The position numbers and the translations under genes are program-made. A DNA stretch of 64,000 nucleotides. It comes from an uncultured Planctomycetota bacterium (lineage in GTDB: Bacteria; Planctomycetota; PLA2; JAEUHO01). Below are positions 45,189-54,906 of the stretch, one piece after another; position 1 is the first letter of the stretch, and each line of letters begins with the position of its first letter. The stretch is taken from the NCBI GenBank assembly GCA_963752285.1, contig CAVVXN010000005.1, forward strand, positions 512,001-576,000, read 5' to 3'. The notes beneath the pieces are model-generated. The model was not told where the DNA came from. It did no database searches and saw only the letters and a list, made by a program, of their open reading frames with translations.

Positions 45189-45742
45189 AATCCCGTCTGC
45201 ACGAGCGCTACCAGAACGAGCTCAAGGCGCAGCTTCGGGAGCGCCTCGGGCTCGAGAACGACCTCGCGCTGCCCCGGCTCGAGAAGATCACCGTCTCCGC
45301 GGGGACCGGTAAGGTCAAGGAGAACAAGAAGCACCTCGCCGACACGGTCGAGATCCTGACGCGCATCACGGGCCAGCACGCGGTGGTGACGAAGGCCCGG
45401 AAGCCGATCGCGCAGTTCAAGCTGCGCGCGGGCATGCCGGTGGGCGCGATGGTGACCCTCCGGGGCCAACGGGCCTACGAGTTCCTCGACCGTTTGATCT
45501 CGGTCGTGATCCCGCGTATCCGCGACTTCCGCGGCCTCCCGCGGGCCTTCGACGCGCAAGGCAACTACAACCTCGGTCTCGCCGAGCAGTCGGTGTTCCC
45601 CGAGATCGACACCGACCTGCTCGAGAATACGCAGGGCATGAACATCGCGATCACGATCCGTAACGGAGCGAACGGCGGCGGCGCAGCGCTGCTCGAGGCG
45701 TTCAACTTCCCGTTCCGTCGGGAGGAGGTGTCCGTTGGCTAA
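45185..45742 (+). CDS. rplE: 50S ribosomal protein L5
   Basis: [14 protein letters not shown]. Confidence 0.97.
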   Translation: MKSRLHERYQNELKAQLRERLGLENDLALPRLEKITVSAGTGKVKENKKHLADTVEILTRITGQHAVVTKARKPIAQFKLRAGMPVGAMVTLRGQRAYEFLDRLISVVIPRIRDFRGLPRAFDAQGNYNLGLAEQSVFPEIDTDLLENTQGMNIAITIRNGANGGGAALLEAFNFPFRREEVSVG

Positions 45743-45920
45743 GAAGTCTCTCGTCAACAAGCAGCGGCGGAAACCGAAGTTCTCCACGCGCGGGTACACG
45801 CGGTGCCAGTTCTGCGGTCGAGCTCGGGCCGTGTACCGCAAGTTCGGCATCTGCCGAATCTGCTTCCGCATGATGGCCGTCCGAGGAGAGATCCCGGGCG
45901 TGCGCAAGGCATCTTGGTAA
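45735..45920 (+). CDS. rpsN: 30S ribosomal protein S14, short Zn-binding type
   Basis: RCQFCGR..CRICFR, 61 aa. Confidence 0.96.
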   Translation: MAKKSLVNKQRRKPKFSTRGYTRCQFCGRARAVYRKFGICRICFRMMAVRGEIPGVRKASW

Positions 45921-45930
45921 GGGGGCGTCC

Positions 45931-46332
45931 ATGTCGATGTCCGATCCGATCGCCGACATGCTCACGAGCATCCGCAACGGTCTGCAGGTGCACCGCGAGT
46001 TCGTGGAGGTGTCCGCGTCGCACGTGAAGCAGTCCGTGGCGCACGTGCTGCGGCGAGAAGGCTACGTCGACGACGTGGCGGAGGTGATGGGACGCCGGGG
46101 CCACCCTGCGCTCCGGATCTTCCTCAAGTACGACGTCGACGGGGCGTCGGTCATCCGCAAGATCGGGCGTGTCTCGCGCCCGGGGCGGCGGGTGTACCGG
46201 GGCGTCCGCGACCTGCCCAAGGTGCTGGGCGGACTCGGCATCACCGTGCTGACGACGTCGAAGGGCATCCTCTCCGACCGCGAGGCGCGCGCCGAGGGCG
46301 TCGGCGGCGAGGTCCTCTGCGAGGTCTGGTAG
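45931..46332 (+). CDS. rpsH: 30S ribosomal protein S8
   Basis: DPIADML, SRPGRRVY, GGEVLC. Confidence 0.97.
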   Translation: MSMSDPIADMLTSIRNGLQVHREFVEVSASHVKQSVAHVLRREGYVDDVAEVMGRRGHPALRIFLKYDVDGASVIRKIGRVSRPGRRVYRGVRDLPKVLGGLGITVLTTSKGILSDREARAEGVGGEVLCEVW

Positions 46333-46334
46333 CC

Positions 46335-46883
46335 ATGTCTCGAATCGGAAAGATCCCGGTCCCGATCCCCAGCGGCGTGACCGTAGACGTTTCGGCCTCC
46401 GAGGTCTCCGTCAAGGGGCCGAAGGGGCAGCTCACCCAGCCTCTCACGGGGGGGATCGGGGCCCGCGTGGACGCAGGCCGGCTCCTCCTCGAACGTCCGG
46501 ACGACACCGCCGAGTCGCGTGCACTCCACGGACTCTACCGGGCGCTCTGCCAGAACATGGTCGAGGGCGTCACCAAGGGCTACGAGCGCCGGCTCGACAT
46601 CGTCGGCGTGTCGTACCAGGCCAGCGTGGAAGGCAAGCGCCTGAGGCTCCAGGTCGGCTTCAGCCACCCGGTGTTCGTGGACATCCCTTCCGGCCTCAAG
46701 GTCACCACGCCGAGCGCCATGCAGGTCCTCGTCGAGGGCATCGACAAGCAGATGGTCGGTCAGTTCGCCGCGACCGTGCGACGGGTTCGGCCGCCCGAGC
46801 CGTACAAGGGCAAGGGCGTCCGGTACTCCGACGAGCGCGTGGTCCACAAGCCCGGCAAGTCGTTCGTGGGCGGGGAGAAGTAG
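46335..46883 (+). CDS. rplF: 50S ribosomal protein L6
   Basis: MSRIGK, PEPYKGKG. Confidence 0.98.
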   Translation: MSRIGKIPVPIPSGVTVDVSASEVSVKGPKGQLTQPLTGGIGARVDAGRLLLERPDDTAESRALHGLYRALCQNMVEGVTKGYERRLDIVGVSYQASVEGKRLRLQVGFSHPVFVDIPSGLKVTTPSAMQVLVEGIDKQMVGQFAATVRRVRPPEPYKGKGVRYSDERVVHKPGKSFVGGEK

Positions 46884-46885
46884 AC

Positions 46886-47242
46886 GTGGCGACTCAGAAG
46901 AGGATGAACGACCGCCGGCGGCGGCGCGCGTTCCGGGCGCGCCGGCACGTCCGGGGCACCGCGGCGCGCCCGAGGCTGTCCGTCCACCGGACGCACCGGC
47001 ATCTCTACGCCCAGCTGATCGACGACCTCGAGGGTCGCACGCTCTGCTCCGTCTCGAGCCTGGCGCTGAAGATCGAGAAGGGCGGCGGTGTCGAGGCGGC
47101 GAAGGCCGTCGGCCAGGAGCTCGGCAAGAAGGCGAAGAGCCTGAACATCGTGCGGTGCGGCTTCGACCGCGGCGCCTTCCGATACCACGGGCGCGTAAAG
47201 GCCCTCGCCGACGCGGTGCGCTCGAGTGGCGTGGAATTCTAG
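46886..47242 (+). CDS. rplR: 50S ribosomal protein L18
   Basis: RPRLSV, FDRG..YHGRV. Confidence 0.97.
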   Translation: MATQKRMNDRRRRRAFRARRHVRGTAARPRLSVHRTHRHLYAQLIDDLEGRTLCSVSSLALKIEKGGGVEAAKAVGQELGKKAKSLNIVRCGFDRGAFRYHGRVKALADAVRSSGVEF

Positions 47243-47250
47243 GAGTGTCC

Positions 47251-47757
47251 ATGCGCCAGGAACTGGACTTCGTCGACGCGGACGCCGAGAACCTCGACCT
47301 GACCGAGCGGATGATCAAGATCAACCGCTCCGCCAAGGTGATGAAGGGCGGACGGCGCTTCGGCTTCAGCGCGATGGTCGTCCTTGGGGACGGGCGGAGC
47401 GTGGTGGGGCTCGGCTTCGGCAAGGCCCGCGAGGTGCCCCCGGCCGTCGAGAAGGCGGTCGCCGACGCCCGGAAGCACCTGGTCCGCGTCTCGCTCCGAG
47501 GCACGACCTTCCCCCATCCCGTCGTCAGCTGGTTCCGGTCGAGCCAGGTGAAGCTGATCCCGGCCGCGCCCGGCACGGGGATCCTGGCTGGCGCCGCGGT
47601 GCGGGCGGTCCTCGAGGCCGCGGGCGTCCGCGACGCGCTCACGAAGGCGATGGGCAGCAAGAACGCCATGAACCTGGCCAAGGCGACCTACGACGGCCTG
47701 CTCTCGATGCGGACCCGTCAGGAGGTCGCCACGACGCGCGGGGTGTCGCTCCGATGA
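47251..47757 (+). CDS. rpsE: 30S ribosomal protein S5
   Basis: KGGRRFGF, GKAREVP, PGTGILAG. Confidence 0.97.
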   Translation: MRQELDFVDADAENLDLTERMIKINRSAKVMKGGRRFGFSAMVVLGDGRSVVGLGFGKAREVPPAVEKAVADARKHLVRVSLRGTTFPHPVVSWFRSSQVKLIPAAPGTGILAGAAVRAVLEAAGVRDALTKAMGSKNAMNLAKATYDGLLSMRTRQEVATTRGVSLR

Positions 47758-48287
47758 ACCTCAAGGACGTTCGGCAGATCCAGGTCAAGCGCCAGAAGCG
47801 CCACCGCGTGGGCCGGGGCCAGGGATCGGGCTGGGGCACCACCTCGGGACGCGGAAACAAGGGCGCCGGCCAGCGGTCGGGCAACCGGATCCGTCTCCAC
47901 TTCGAGGGCGGCCAGATGCCGATCTACCGGCGCCTGCCGAAGAAGGGCTTCACGAACGCGTCCTTCAAGCAGATCTACCACGTCGTCAACGTGGGCGACC
48001 TGGAGCGGGTCTGCGAGGCCGGCGCCACCGTGGACCTCGACGTGCTGAAGAAGCTCGGCTTCGCCCCGAAGAAGGCGAAGCACCTGAAGATCCTGGGCTG
48101 GGGCGAGCTCGCGAAGAGCGTCCACCTGAAGGCCCACGCCGTCTCCGAGGGTGCGCGGGGGAAGATCGAAGCCGCCGGGGGCTCCATCGAGGTGCTGCCG
48201 ACGCACACGCCGCACCGTGCGAAGGGCGTGAAGCGCGACGCGACGAAGCGCTCTGCACGCGACGAGGCGCCCGGGAGCGCGTCGTGA
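47754..48287 (+). CDS. rplO: 50S ribosomal protein L15
   Basis: RVGRGQGSG, FEGGQMP, LPKKGF. Confidence 0.97.
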   Translation: MNLKDVRQIQVKRQKRHRVGRGQGSGWGTTSGRGNKGAGQRSGNRIRLHFEGGQMPIYRRLPKKGFTNASFKQIYHVVNVGDLERVCEAGATVDLDVLKKLGFAPKKAKHLKILGWGELAKSVHLKAHAVSEGARGKIEAAGGSIEVLPTHTPHRAKGVKRDATKRSARDEAPGSAS

Positions 48288-49606
48288 TCGGGAGCATTCT
48301 CAATGTCTTCCGGGTCCGCGAGATCCGGTCGAAGCTCCTGATCACGCTGGGCTTCCTCCTCCTGTACCGGGTCGGCTGGAACATCCCCATGCCGGGGATC
48401 GACCTCGTCGCGATCCGGCAGGCCCAGGGGAGCGGCGAGGGCCAGACGTTCGCCCAGCTCTACAACCTGATCTCGGGCGGTGGCATCTACTCGTTCGCGC
48501 TGTTCAGCCTCGGGATCATGCCCTACATCTCGTCGAGCATCATCTTCAGCCTCCTGGCGAAGGTGGTTCCGTCGCTCGAGGCGATCGCGAAGGAGGGGGC
48601 CGCGGGCCAGCGGAAGATCAACCAGTGGACGCGCCTCGCCACCGTTCCGATCGCCGCCCTGCAGGCGGTGATCCTGGTGACGAACGTCTACACGCAGCCG
48701 AACCAGGTCCTCAAGGACCGCGTCATGCTGCCGGGAGGCTTCGGGACCGCCCTCGTCGCGATCATCGCCCTGACGGCCGGCTGCATCCTGCTCATGTGGA
48801 TCGGCGAGCAGATCACGGAGTACGGCGTCGGGAACGGCGTCTCGCTCCTGATCATGGCCGGCATCATCGCCCGCGTGCCGCACGCGGCCGCTCGGCTCTT
48901 CGAGGTCACGAAGACGCCCTTCCTGCCCTTCGTGCTCCTGGTCTTGTTCTTCATGATCGTGGTGGCCGTCGTGTACGTGACACGGGGGATGCGCAAGATC
49001 CCCGTGCAATACGCGAAGCTCACCCGCGGCCGGCGCGTGTACGGCGGCCAGCGCCACTTCCTCCCGATCAAGGTGAACCAGTCGGGCGTGATGCCCGTGA
49101 TCTTCGCCTCCGCGCTGCTCTCCTTCCCCATGCTGCTCGGACAGGCCGTGCACTGGGACGCGCTGCACAACTCGATGCGGCCCGGGAGCTGGTTCTACAC
49201 GGTCCTGAACACGGTTCTGATCTTCTTCTTCACGTTCTTCTGGAACTCGCTGATGTTCAACCCGGCGGAGATGTCCAAGAACATGAAGGAGTACGGGTCC
49301 TTCGTGCCGGGCATCCGGCCGGGCAAGCGCACGGCGGAGTTCCTCGAGAAGGTCATGCGGCGCATGAGCCTCGCGGACGCGACCTTCCTCGCGATCATCT
49401 CGGTCGTCCCGCAGTGGATCCAGGCGAGCCTCGGCACGGAGGTGCCGCAGCAGATCTACTACTTCCTGGGCGGCACCTCGATCCTGATCGTGGTGAGCGT
49501 GGCGCTCGACCTCGTGGACAAGCTGAACAGCGCGCTCCTCATGCGCTCCTACGACGGATTCATGGGCGGGGGCTCGACCGTCTCGGCCGCGCGGAGGAGG
49601 CGATAG
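48284..49606 (+). CDS. secY: preprotein translocase SecY
   Basis: LGIMPYI, GNGVSL, PGIRPG, GGTSILI. Confidence 0.98.
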   Translation: MIGSILNVFRVREIRSKLLITLGFLLLYRVGWNIPMPGIDLVAIRQAQGSGEGQTFAQLYNLISGGGIYSFALFSLGIMPYISSSIIFSLLAKVVPSLEAIAKEGAAGQRKINQWTRLATVPIAALQAVILVTNVYTQPNQVLKDRVMLPGGFGTALVAIIALTAGCILLMWIGEQITEYGVGNGVSLLIMAGIIARVPHAAARLFEVTKTPFLPFVLLVLFFMIVVAVVYVTRGMRKIPVQYAKLTRGRRVYGGQRHFLPIKVNQSGVMPVIFASALLSFPMLLGQAVHWDALHNSMRPGSWFYTVLNTVLIFFFTFFWNSLMFNPAEMSKNMKEYGSFVPGIRPGKRTAEFLEKVMRRMSLADATFLAIISVVPQWIQASLGTEVPQQIYYFLGGTSILIVVSVALDLVDKLNSALLMRSYDGFMGGGSTVSAARRRR

Positions 49607-50158
49607 ATGCGAGCCGTCCTGTTGGGACCGCCGGGAGCCGGGAAGGGGACGCAGGCCGCGCGTCTCTGCCGGGCCCGCGATCTCCGGCATCTGAGCACCG
49701 GCGACCTCCTCCGCGACGCCGTGGCGGCCAAGACCGCGCTCGGCGAGGAGGCGAAGCGCTTCATGGACCGCGGTGAGCTGGTGCCGGACGCCCTCGTCCT
49801 CGGGCTCCTCGCGGAACGGCTCTCCGCCGCGGAGGAGGGGTCGTTCCTGCTGGACGGCTTCCCGCGCAACGTGAGCCAGGCGCACGCGCTCGAGGAGGTC
49901 CTCGGGCGGGACGCGCTGGATCACGTCGTGTACATCCAGCTGGACGACGACGAGATCGTCGTGCGGCTGCGGAAGCGGGGCCGCCCGGACGACCTGGACG
50001 ACGTCATCCGGCACCGGCTCGAGGTGTATCGTTCGGAGACGGAGCCGCTCGTGGCCTATTACGGCGCGCGTGGGCTGCTGCGACCCGTGGACGGCCAGGG
50101 CAGCGTGGACGAGGTCCACGAGCGCGTGCTCGGGGCCATCGGCGTGAGGGCGTCATGA
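49607..50158 (+). CDS. adk: adenylate kinase (short LID)
   Basis: GPPGAGKGT, LDGFPR, RGRPDD. Confidence 0.96.
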   Translation: MRAVLLGPPGAGKGTQAARLCRARDLRHLSTGDLLRDAVAAKTALGEEAKRFMDRGELVPDALVLGLLAERLSAAEEGSFLLDGFPRNVSQAHALEEVLGRDALDHVVYIQLDDDEIVVRLRKRGRPDDLDDVIRHRLEVYRSETEPLVAYYGARGLLRPVDGQGSVDEVHERVLGAIGVRAS

Positions 50159-50920
50159 AGACGCGCGGGCTGGTCAAGAGCCGCCACGAGGTGCAGCTCC
50201 TCCGTCGCGCCGGTCGCGTCGCCCGCCTCGCGCTCGACGCGGCGTGCTCGGCGGCGACCCCCGGCCGGACGACCGCGGACGTGGACACGGCGGCCGAGGT
50301 CGTGATCCGGCAGTTCGGCGCGATCCCCGAGTTCAAGGGCTACCAGGGGTTCCCCGCCGCGACCTGCGTGAGCGTGAACGACGAGGTCGTGCACGGCATC
50401 CCGGGACCGCGCGTGCTCGAGGAAGGCGACCTCGTCAAGATCGACGTCGGGGCCCGCCTCGAGGGCTACGTCGGGGACAACGCCCGGACCGTCGTCGTGG
50501 GACGCGGTGATGCGGAGTCCCGCCGGATCCTCGAGACGACCCGCGCGTGCCTCGCGCTGGCCATCCAGGCCTGCTGGCCCGGTCGGCGCCTCTCCGACAT
50601 CGGGCGGGCGATCCAGTCGCATGCCGAGGCCGCCGGCTACTCGGTCGTCCGAGACTACGCCGGGCACGGGATCGGAACGCGCATGCATGAAGAACCGGAG
50701 GTTGCGAACTACGTGGACGAGCAGATCCTCGCGCACGACCTCGAGCTGGTGGCGGGGATGTGCCTGGCCATCGAGCCGATGCTCTCGGCCGGAAGCCCGG
50801 CCGTCGAGGGTTTCGGACGACGGGTGGACCGTGGTGACCCGCGACGGGTCGCGGTCCGCACACTGGGAGGACGTGGTGGCCGTGCGCGAAGCAGGCCCCC
50901 AGGTCCTCACGCGGCCATAG
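50155..50920 (+). CDS. map: methionine aminopeptidase type I (+1 frameshift near 50810, probably artefact)
   Basis: [37 protein letters not shown] continues in another frame. Confidence 0.93.
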
Positions 50921-50932
50921 GGGACGGACGGC

Positions 50933-51148
50933 ATGGCGCGCGAGGACAACCTCCGACTGGAAGCCAAGGTGGTCGAGGCCCGGCCCAACGCGATGTTCGT
51001 GTGCGAGCTCGAGAACGGCCATCGCATCCTGGCCCACGTCTCCGGGAAGATGCGGATGCACTGGATCCGCATCCTCCCGGGCGACCGGGTCACGGTCGAG
51101 ATGAGCCCCTACGACCTGACGAAGGGGCGTATCGTGTACCGTGAGTAG
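50933..51148 (+). CDS. infA: translation initiation factor IF-1
   Basis: [15 protein letters not shown]. Confidence 0.98.
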   Translation: MAREDNLRLEAKVVEARPNAMFVCELENGHRILAHVSGKMRMHWIRILPGDRVTVEMSPYDLTKGRIVYRE

Positions 51149-51196
51149 TTCCCCGATCCCCCTCCGATACCCTGTGCTCGAAATCGGGAGCCCGTC

Positions 51197-51310
51197 ATGA
51201 AGGTCAGGTCCAGCATCCGGCGCCTCTGCGAGGACTGCCGAATCATCCGGCGTCACGGCCGGGTCCGGGTGATCTGCAAGAACCCCCGCCACAAGCAGGT
51301 GCAGGGCTAG
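51197..51310 (+). CDS. rpmJ: 50S ribosomal protein L36
   Basis: Manual translation [37 protein letters not shown]. Confidence 0.96.
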   Translation: MKVRSSIRRLCEDCRIIRRHGRVRVICKNPRHKQVQG

Positions 51311-51333
51311 CCCGCCCGGATTGGAGCCACTCC

Positions 51334-51717
51334 ATGCCTCGTATCGTCGGTGTAGACATCCCGAACGAGAAGGTGACCTGGGTCGCCCTCCAGTACGTGC
51401 ACGGGATCGGGAAGGCCACGGCCCTGAAGCTCTGCGCCGCGCTGGGTCTGGACCCCGCGCGCCGCGCGCGCGACCTCACGGACGAGGAGCTCGCGCGCCT
51501 GGCCGCGGAGATCGAGCGGTCGGTCGCGGTCGAGGGCAACCTGCGGCGGCAGGTACAGCAGAACGTGGCGCGTCTGAAGGAGATCAACTGCTATCGGGGG
51601 ATGCGCCATCGGCGCGGCCTCCCGGCGCGGGGGCAACGGACGCGGACGAACGCCCGGACCCGAAAGGGTCCGCGCAAGACCGTGGCCGGCAAGAAGAGCG
51701 TGAAGCAGCTCCGGTAG
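51334..51717 (+). CDS. rpsM: 30S ribosomal protein S13
   Basis: [19 protein letters not shown]. Confidence 0.98.
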   Translation: MPRIVGVDIPNEKVTWVALQYVHGIGKATALKLCAALGLDPARRARDLTDEELARLAAEIERSVAVEGNLRRQVQQNVARLKEINCYRGMRHRRGLPARGQRTRTNARTRKGPRKTVAGKKSVKQLR

Positions 51718-51839
51718 GCGACGGCGGAGCGCCGGGGGCCCCGATCGGGCCGGGCGGGCCCCGGGGTCAGGACGTAAGGGACTGCAGGATGGGGGGTTCG
51801 GGCGGACGGCCGCGCCCCGGGCCCCGGTGGGCCGGAAAG

Positions 51840-51868
51840 TTGCAGGGGCCCCGACTACGGGATACCCT
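51840..51868 (+). promoter_or_regulatory. internal sigma70-type promoter upstream of rpsK
   Basis: TTGCAG-17 nt-TACCCT. Confidence 0.5.
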
Positions 51869-51915
51869 GGCGCGTTCCGCTTCGCGGCCCCGCCTACTCG
51901 AGCGGTGGAGCTTTC

Positions 51916-52290
51916 ATGGCGAGCAAGAAGAAGATCCGACGCAACGTACCGAAGGCGGTGGTGCACATCGCCGCGTCGTTCAACAACACCATCGTGACCT
52001 TCGCTGCCCCGAACGGGGAGACCCTGTGCTGGGACTCCGCCGGGACGATCGGCTTCAAGGGCTCGCGCAAGTCCACGCCGTTCGCCGCCCAGAAGGCGGC
52101 CGAGCGCGCGGCGGAGAAGGCCGTGAAGATGGGCGTGCGCGAGATCGAAGTGCGGGTGAAGGGCCCGGGCGCGGGGCGCGAGTCTGCGATTCGCAGCCTG
52201 CAGTCTCGGGGACTGAAGATCCGCGCGATAGAAGACGTGACACCGCTGCCGCACAACGGCTGCCGTCCGCCGAAGCGCCGGCGGGTGTAG
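51916..52290 (+). CDS. rpsK: 30S ribosomal protein S11
   Basis: SFNNT, KSTPFAA, PHNGCRP. Confidence 0.98.
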   Translation: MASKKKIRRNVPKAVVHIAASFNNTIVTFAAPNGETLCWDSAGTIGFKGSRKSTPFAAQKAAERAAEKAVKMGVREIEVRVKGPGAGRESAIRSLQSRGLKIRAIEDVTPLPHNGCRPPKRRRV

Positions 52291-52411
52291 CGAGGACGCA
52301 TGGTCCGCACGCGCGGCGCCCCGGACCCCGGGCGCCGGTAGGTCGGGCTGGCCCGGCGAGAGTGGAACGAGGGGTCATCGGCCCCGGGCAGAGGACGGAA
52401 CGGAGGACGGC

Positions 52412-53470
52412 ATGAGGATCCGCTGGCGCAACCTGGAGCTTCCCACGAAGGTCGTCGCGGACTCGGCGACCCGCACGGACACCTACGCCAAGTTCACGGC
52501 CGAGCCGTTCGAGCGCGGGTACGGCGTGACGGTTGGGAACGGGCTCCGGCGCGTGCTGCTCTCGTCGATCGAGGGCACGGCGGTCACGTCGGTCAAGATC
52601 CCGGGCGTGAAGCACGAGTTCTCGAGCATCGACGGGATCAAGGAGGACGTGACCGACATCGTCCTCGCCCTGAAGCGGCTCCGCGTCCGCTTCCACAACG
52701 ACGACCCGAAGGTGCTCCGCGTCGAGAAGAAGGGCCCCGGCCCGGTCACGGGCGCCGACGTCCAGGTGACCTCCGATTGCGAGGTCGTGAACCGCGACCT
52801 CGTCATCTGCAACATCACCACCGACCGCACCTTCGAGTGCGAGGTGGAGGTGCGGAAGGGCCGCGGTTACGTGACGGCCGAGGAGAACGCGCGCGACGAG
52901 ATGGAGATCGGCGTGATTCCCGCCGACTCGATCTTCTCCCCCGTGCAGCGCGTCCGGTACCGCACCGAGAACACGCGCGTCGGCAAGATGACGAACTACG
53001 ACCGTCTCATCCTCGAACTGTGGACGGACGGCACGATCACGCCCGAGATGGCGCTCGTCGAGGCGAGCAAGGTCTACCGCAAGCACCTGAACCCCTTCAT
53101 CCAGCTCTTCGACGTGGGCAAGGAGCTCGCGATCGAGCCCCCGGCGGCCGCCCCCGAGCCGGTTTCCACGTCCATCCCCTCGAGCCCGGTCGCCGTGGCG
53201 GCGCCGGCGCCGATGGGACCCCCTTCGGACGAGCTCGTCCAAAAGCTCGAACTCCCCATCAGCCGCATGGACCTCTCCGTTCGCGCGAGCAACTGCCTGG
53301 AGTCCGAGGGCATCCAGACGATCGGCGACCTGGTCGCGCGGTCCGAGGACGACCTGCTCCACTTCAAGAACTTCGGCCGGACGTCGCTGAAGGAGATCAA
53401 GAAGAAGCTCGACGACATGGAGCTCTCGCTGGGGATGGACGTCGAGTCGATCCGCGCCCGGAAGGACTAG
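52412..53470 (+). CDS. rpoA: RNA polymerase alpha subunit
   Basis: EPFERGYG, GNGLRR, LSVRASNCL, NFGRTS. Confidence 0.98.
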   Translation: MRIRWRNLELPTKVVADSATRTDTYAKFTAEPFERGYGVTVGNGLRRVLLSSIEGTAVTSVKIPGVKHEFSSIDGIKEDVTDIVLALKRLRVRFHNDDPKVLRVEKKGPGPVTGADVQVTSDCEVVNRDLVICNITTDRTFECEVEVRKGRGYVTAEENARDEMEIGVIPADSIFSPVQRVRYRTENTRVGKMTNYDRLILELWTDGTITPEMALVEASKVYRKHLNPFIQLFDVGKELAIEPPAAAPEPVSTSIPSSPVAVAAPAPMGPPSDELVQKLELPISRMDLSVRASNCLESEGIQTIGDLVARSEDDLLHFKNFGRTSLKEIKKKLDDMELSLGMDVESIRARKD

Positions 53471-53475
53471 TTGCC

Positions 53476-53925
53476 ATGCGACACCTGAACGCCGGCAAGA
53501 AGCTCTCCGCCGACACCCAGCACCGGCTGGCGATGCGGCGCAACCTGTCGCGAGCCCTGTTCATCAACGGCCGGATCGTGACCACCATGGCCAAGGCGAA
53601 GGCGACGCGGCCCTTCGCGGAGCGCCTCGTGACGCGCGCGCGGCACGCGAACGCGATCAAGGAGTCGAACCCCGAGGGCTACATCCACCAGTTGCGCATC
53701 CTCCGGCGCGACCTACCGGAGCGCGCGGTACTCAAGCTCCTGGTGGGCAAGATCGCACCGCTCATGAAGGACCGTGCGGGCGGCTACACGCGGATCCTGA
53801 GGGACGCGAAAAACCAGGTGGGCGACAACGCGCCCCGCGCGATCTGGGAGTTCGTGGACCGCCCGGCCGAGGAGCCGGCCGAGCCGAGCGCGAAGCCCGC
53901 GGCGAAGTCGTCGCGCAAGAAGTAG
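53476..53925 (+). CDS. rplQ: 50S ribosomal protein L17
   Basis: MRH, TTMAKAK, GGYTRI. Confidence 0.95.
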   Translation: MRHLNAGKKLSADTQHRLAMRRNLSRALFINGRIVTTMAKAKATRPFAERLVTRARHANAIKESNPEGYIHQLRILRRDLPERAVLKLLVGKIAPLMKDRAGGYTRILRDAKNQVGDNAPRAIWEFVDRPAEEPAEPSAKPAAKSSRKK

Positions 53926-54034
53926 GAGGAGCCCCGTGCCGCCCCTCTCGACGGGCCCGCTCGCCGCTGGCGCCGGGTCGTCGCGTCGGACGGCGGCCAG
54001 CGCGGCCGCGGAGGCCGCGCGCCGGCGCGACGGT

Positions 54035-54895
54035 ATGGACCGCGGCGCGCTCCTCTGGGACTTCCTCGTCAGCTTCATCACCTCGCGCCGGGCGTTCCTC
54101 TCGGTCTACGAGCGGTACGAGCGGCGTGTCCTCTCGGCGGCGCGCCGCCTCGAGGTGAACCGCGAGGAGCTGGAGCTCCCCCCTCGAGAGCTGTTCGACC
54201 TCTTTCACCTCCGTCGGCTGAAGTTCCTGAAGGACGTCCGGCTCCGGACGCTCCGCGACCTCGCCGAGCGCATCTTCGCCGACGGCGAGGACGAAGACCT
54301 GCTCGACGTCTACTGCTCGCACGTCTACCACGAGGTTTCCATCCTCGCGGAGGAGCACCGCTCCGTCGGACGCTTCCTCCGCATCCACGACCGCCGGCGC
54401 TACCGACAGCTCTTCGAGGAGGTGAGCGGGTACTACCCGACGCGTCTGCGGCGGATTCGACGCTTCTTCGCCCAGGGACTCCGACGCATCGAGATCCTCC
54501 TTCCGTCGTGGTCGGAACACCGCGTGATCGTCCGCGGCGTCTACCTCTTCGGGGAGCGCCTCGCGCAGCTCGCGTACGGCCGGGACGTCGCGGTGCTCTA
54601 CTCACGGATGTACCCGCACGGGGGCATGATCGCGGGCTACCTCGCCGCGGCGCGATCGTTCCAGGGTTCGTGCTTCATGAAGCGGGCCCGCGAGGCCGCC
54701 GAGCGGGGGTGCGAGGCGGCCAGGCACCTCGCCGAGCGCCGGCGTCTCGAGCGGGCCGAGCAGACCGCGGCCGACGAGCTCGAGGCGCTGCTTCGCGACC
54801 TCGACGCGGAGGCGGGTCTCCGGCAGCCCGAGGGGGAGCCGTCGGAGGCGTCGGGGACCGCGGCGTCGCCCGATCCCACCCCGTCGTCTCGGTAG
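54035..54895 (+). CDS. hypothetical helical protein
   Basis: Coding-like composition; alternative GTG start 53936 with GGAGG SD. Confidence 0.75.
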   Translation: MDRGALLWDFLVSFITSRRAFLSVYERYERRVLSAARRLEVNREELELPPRELFDLFHLRRLKFLKDVRLRTLRDLAERIFADGEDEDLLDVYCSHVYHEVSILAEEHRSVGRFLRIHDRRRYRQLFEEVSGYYPTRLRRIRRFFAQGLRRIEILLPSWSEHRVIVRGVYLFGERLAQLAYGRDVAVLYSRMYPHGGMIAGYLAAARSFQGSCFMKRAREAAERGCEAARHLAERRRLERAEQTAADELEALLRDLDAEAGLRQPEGEPSEASGTAASPDPTPSSR

Positions 54896-54906
54896 CATCG
54901 CGAGCC

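Noticed and set aside
47750..47760. rpmD (L30) missing between rpsE and rplO
   Set aside because: The absence is real, but L30 loss is known in several phyla, so it is not notable
50800..50820. map pseudogene or map-infA read-through
   Set aside because: A single extra G in a short run; removing it restores a normal C-terminus ending at 50920
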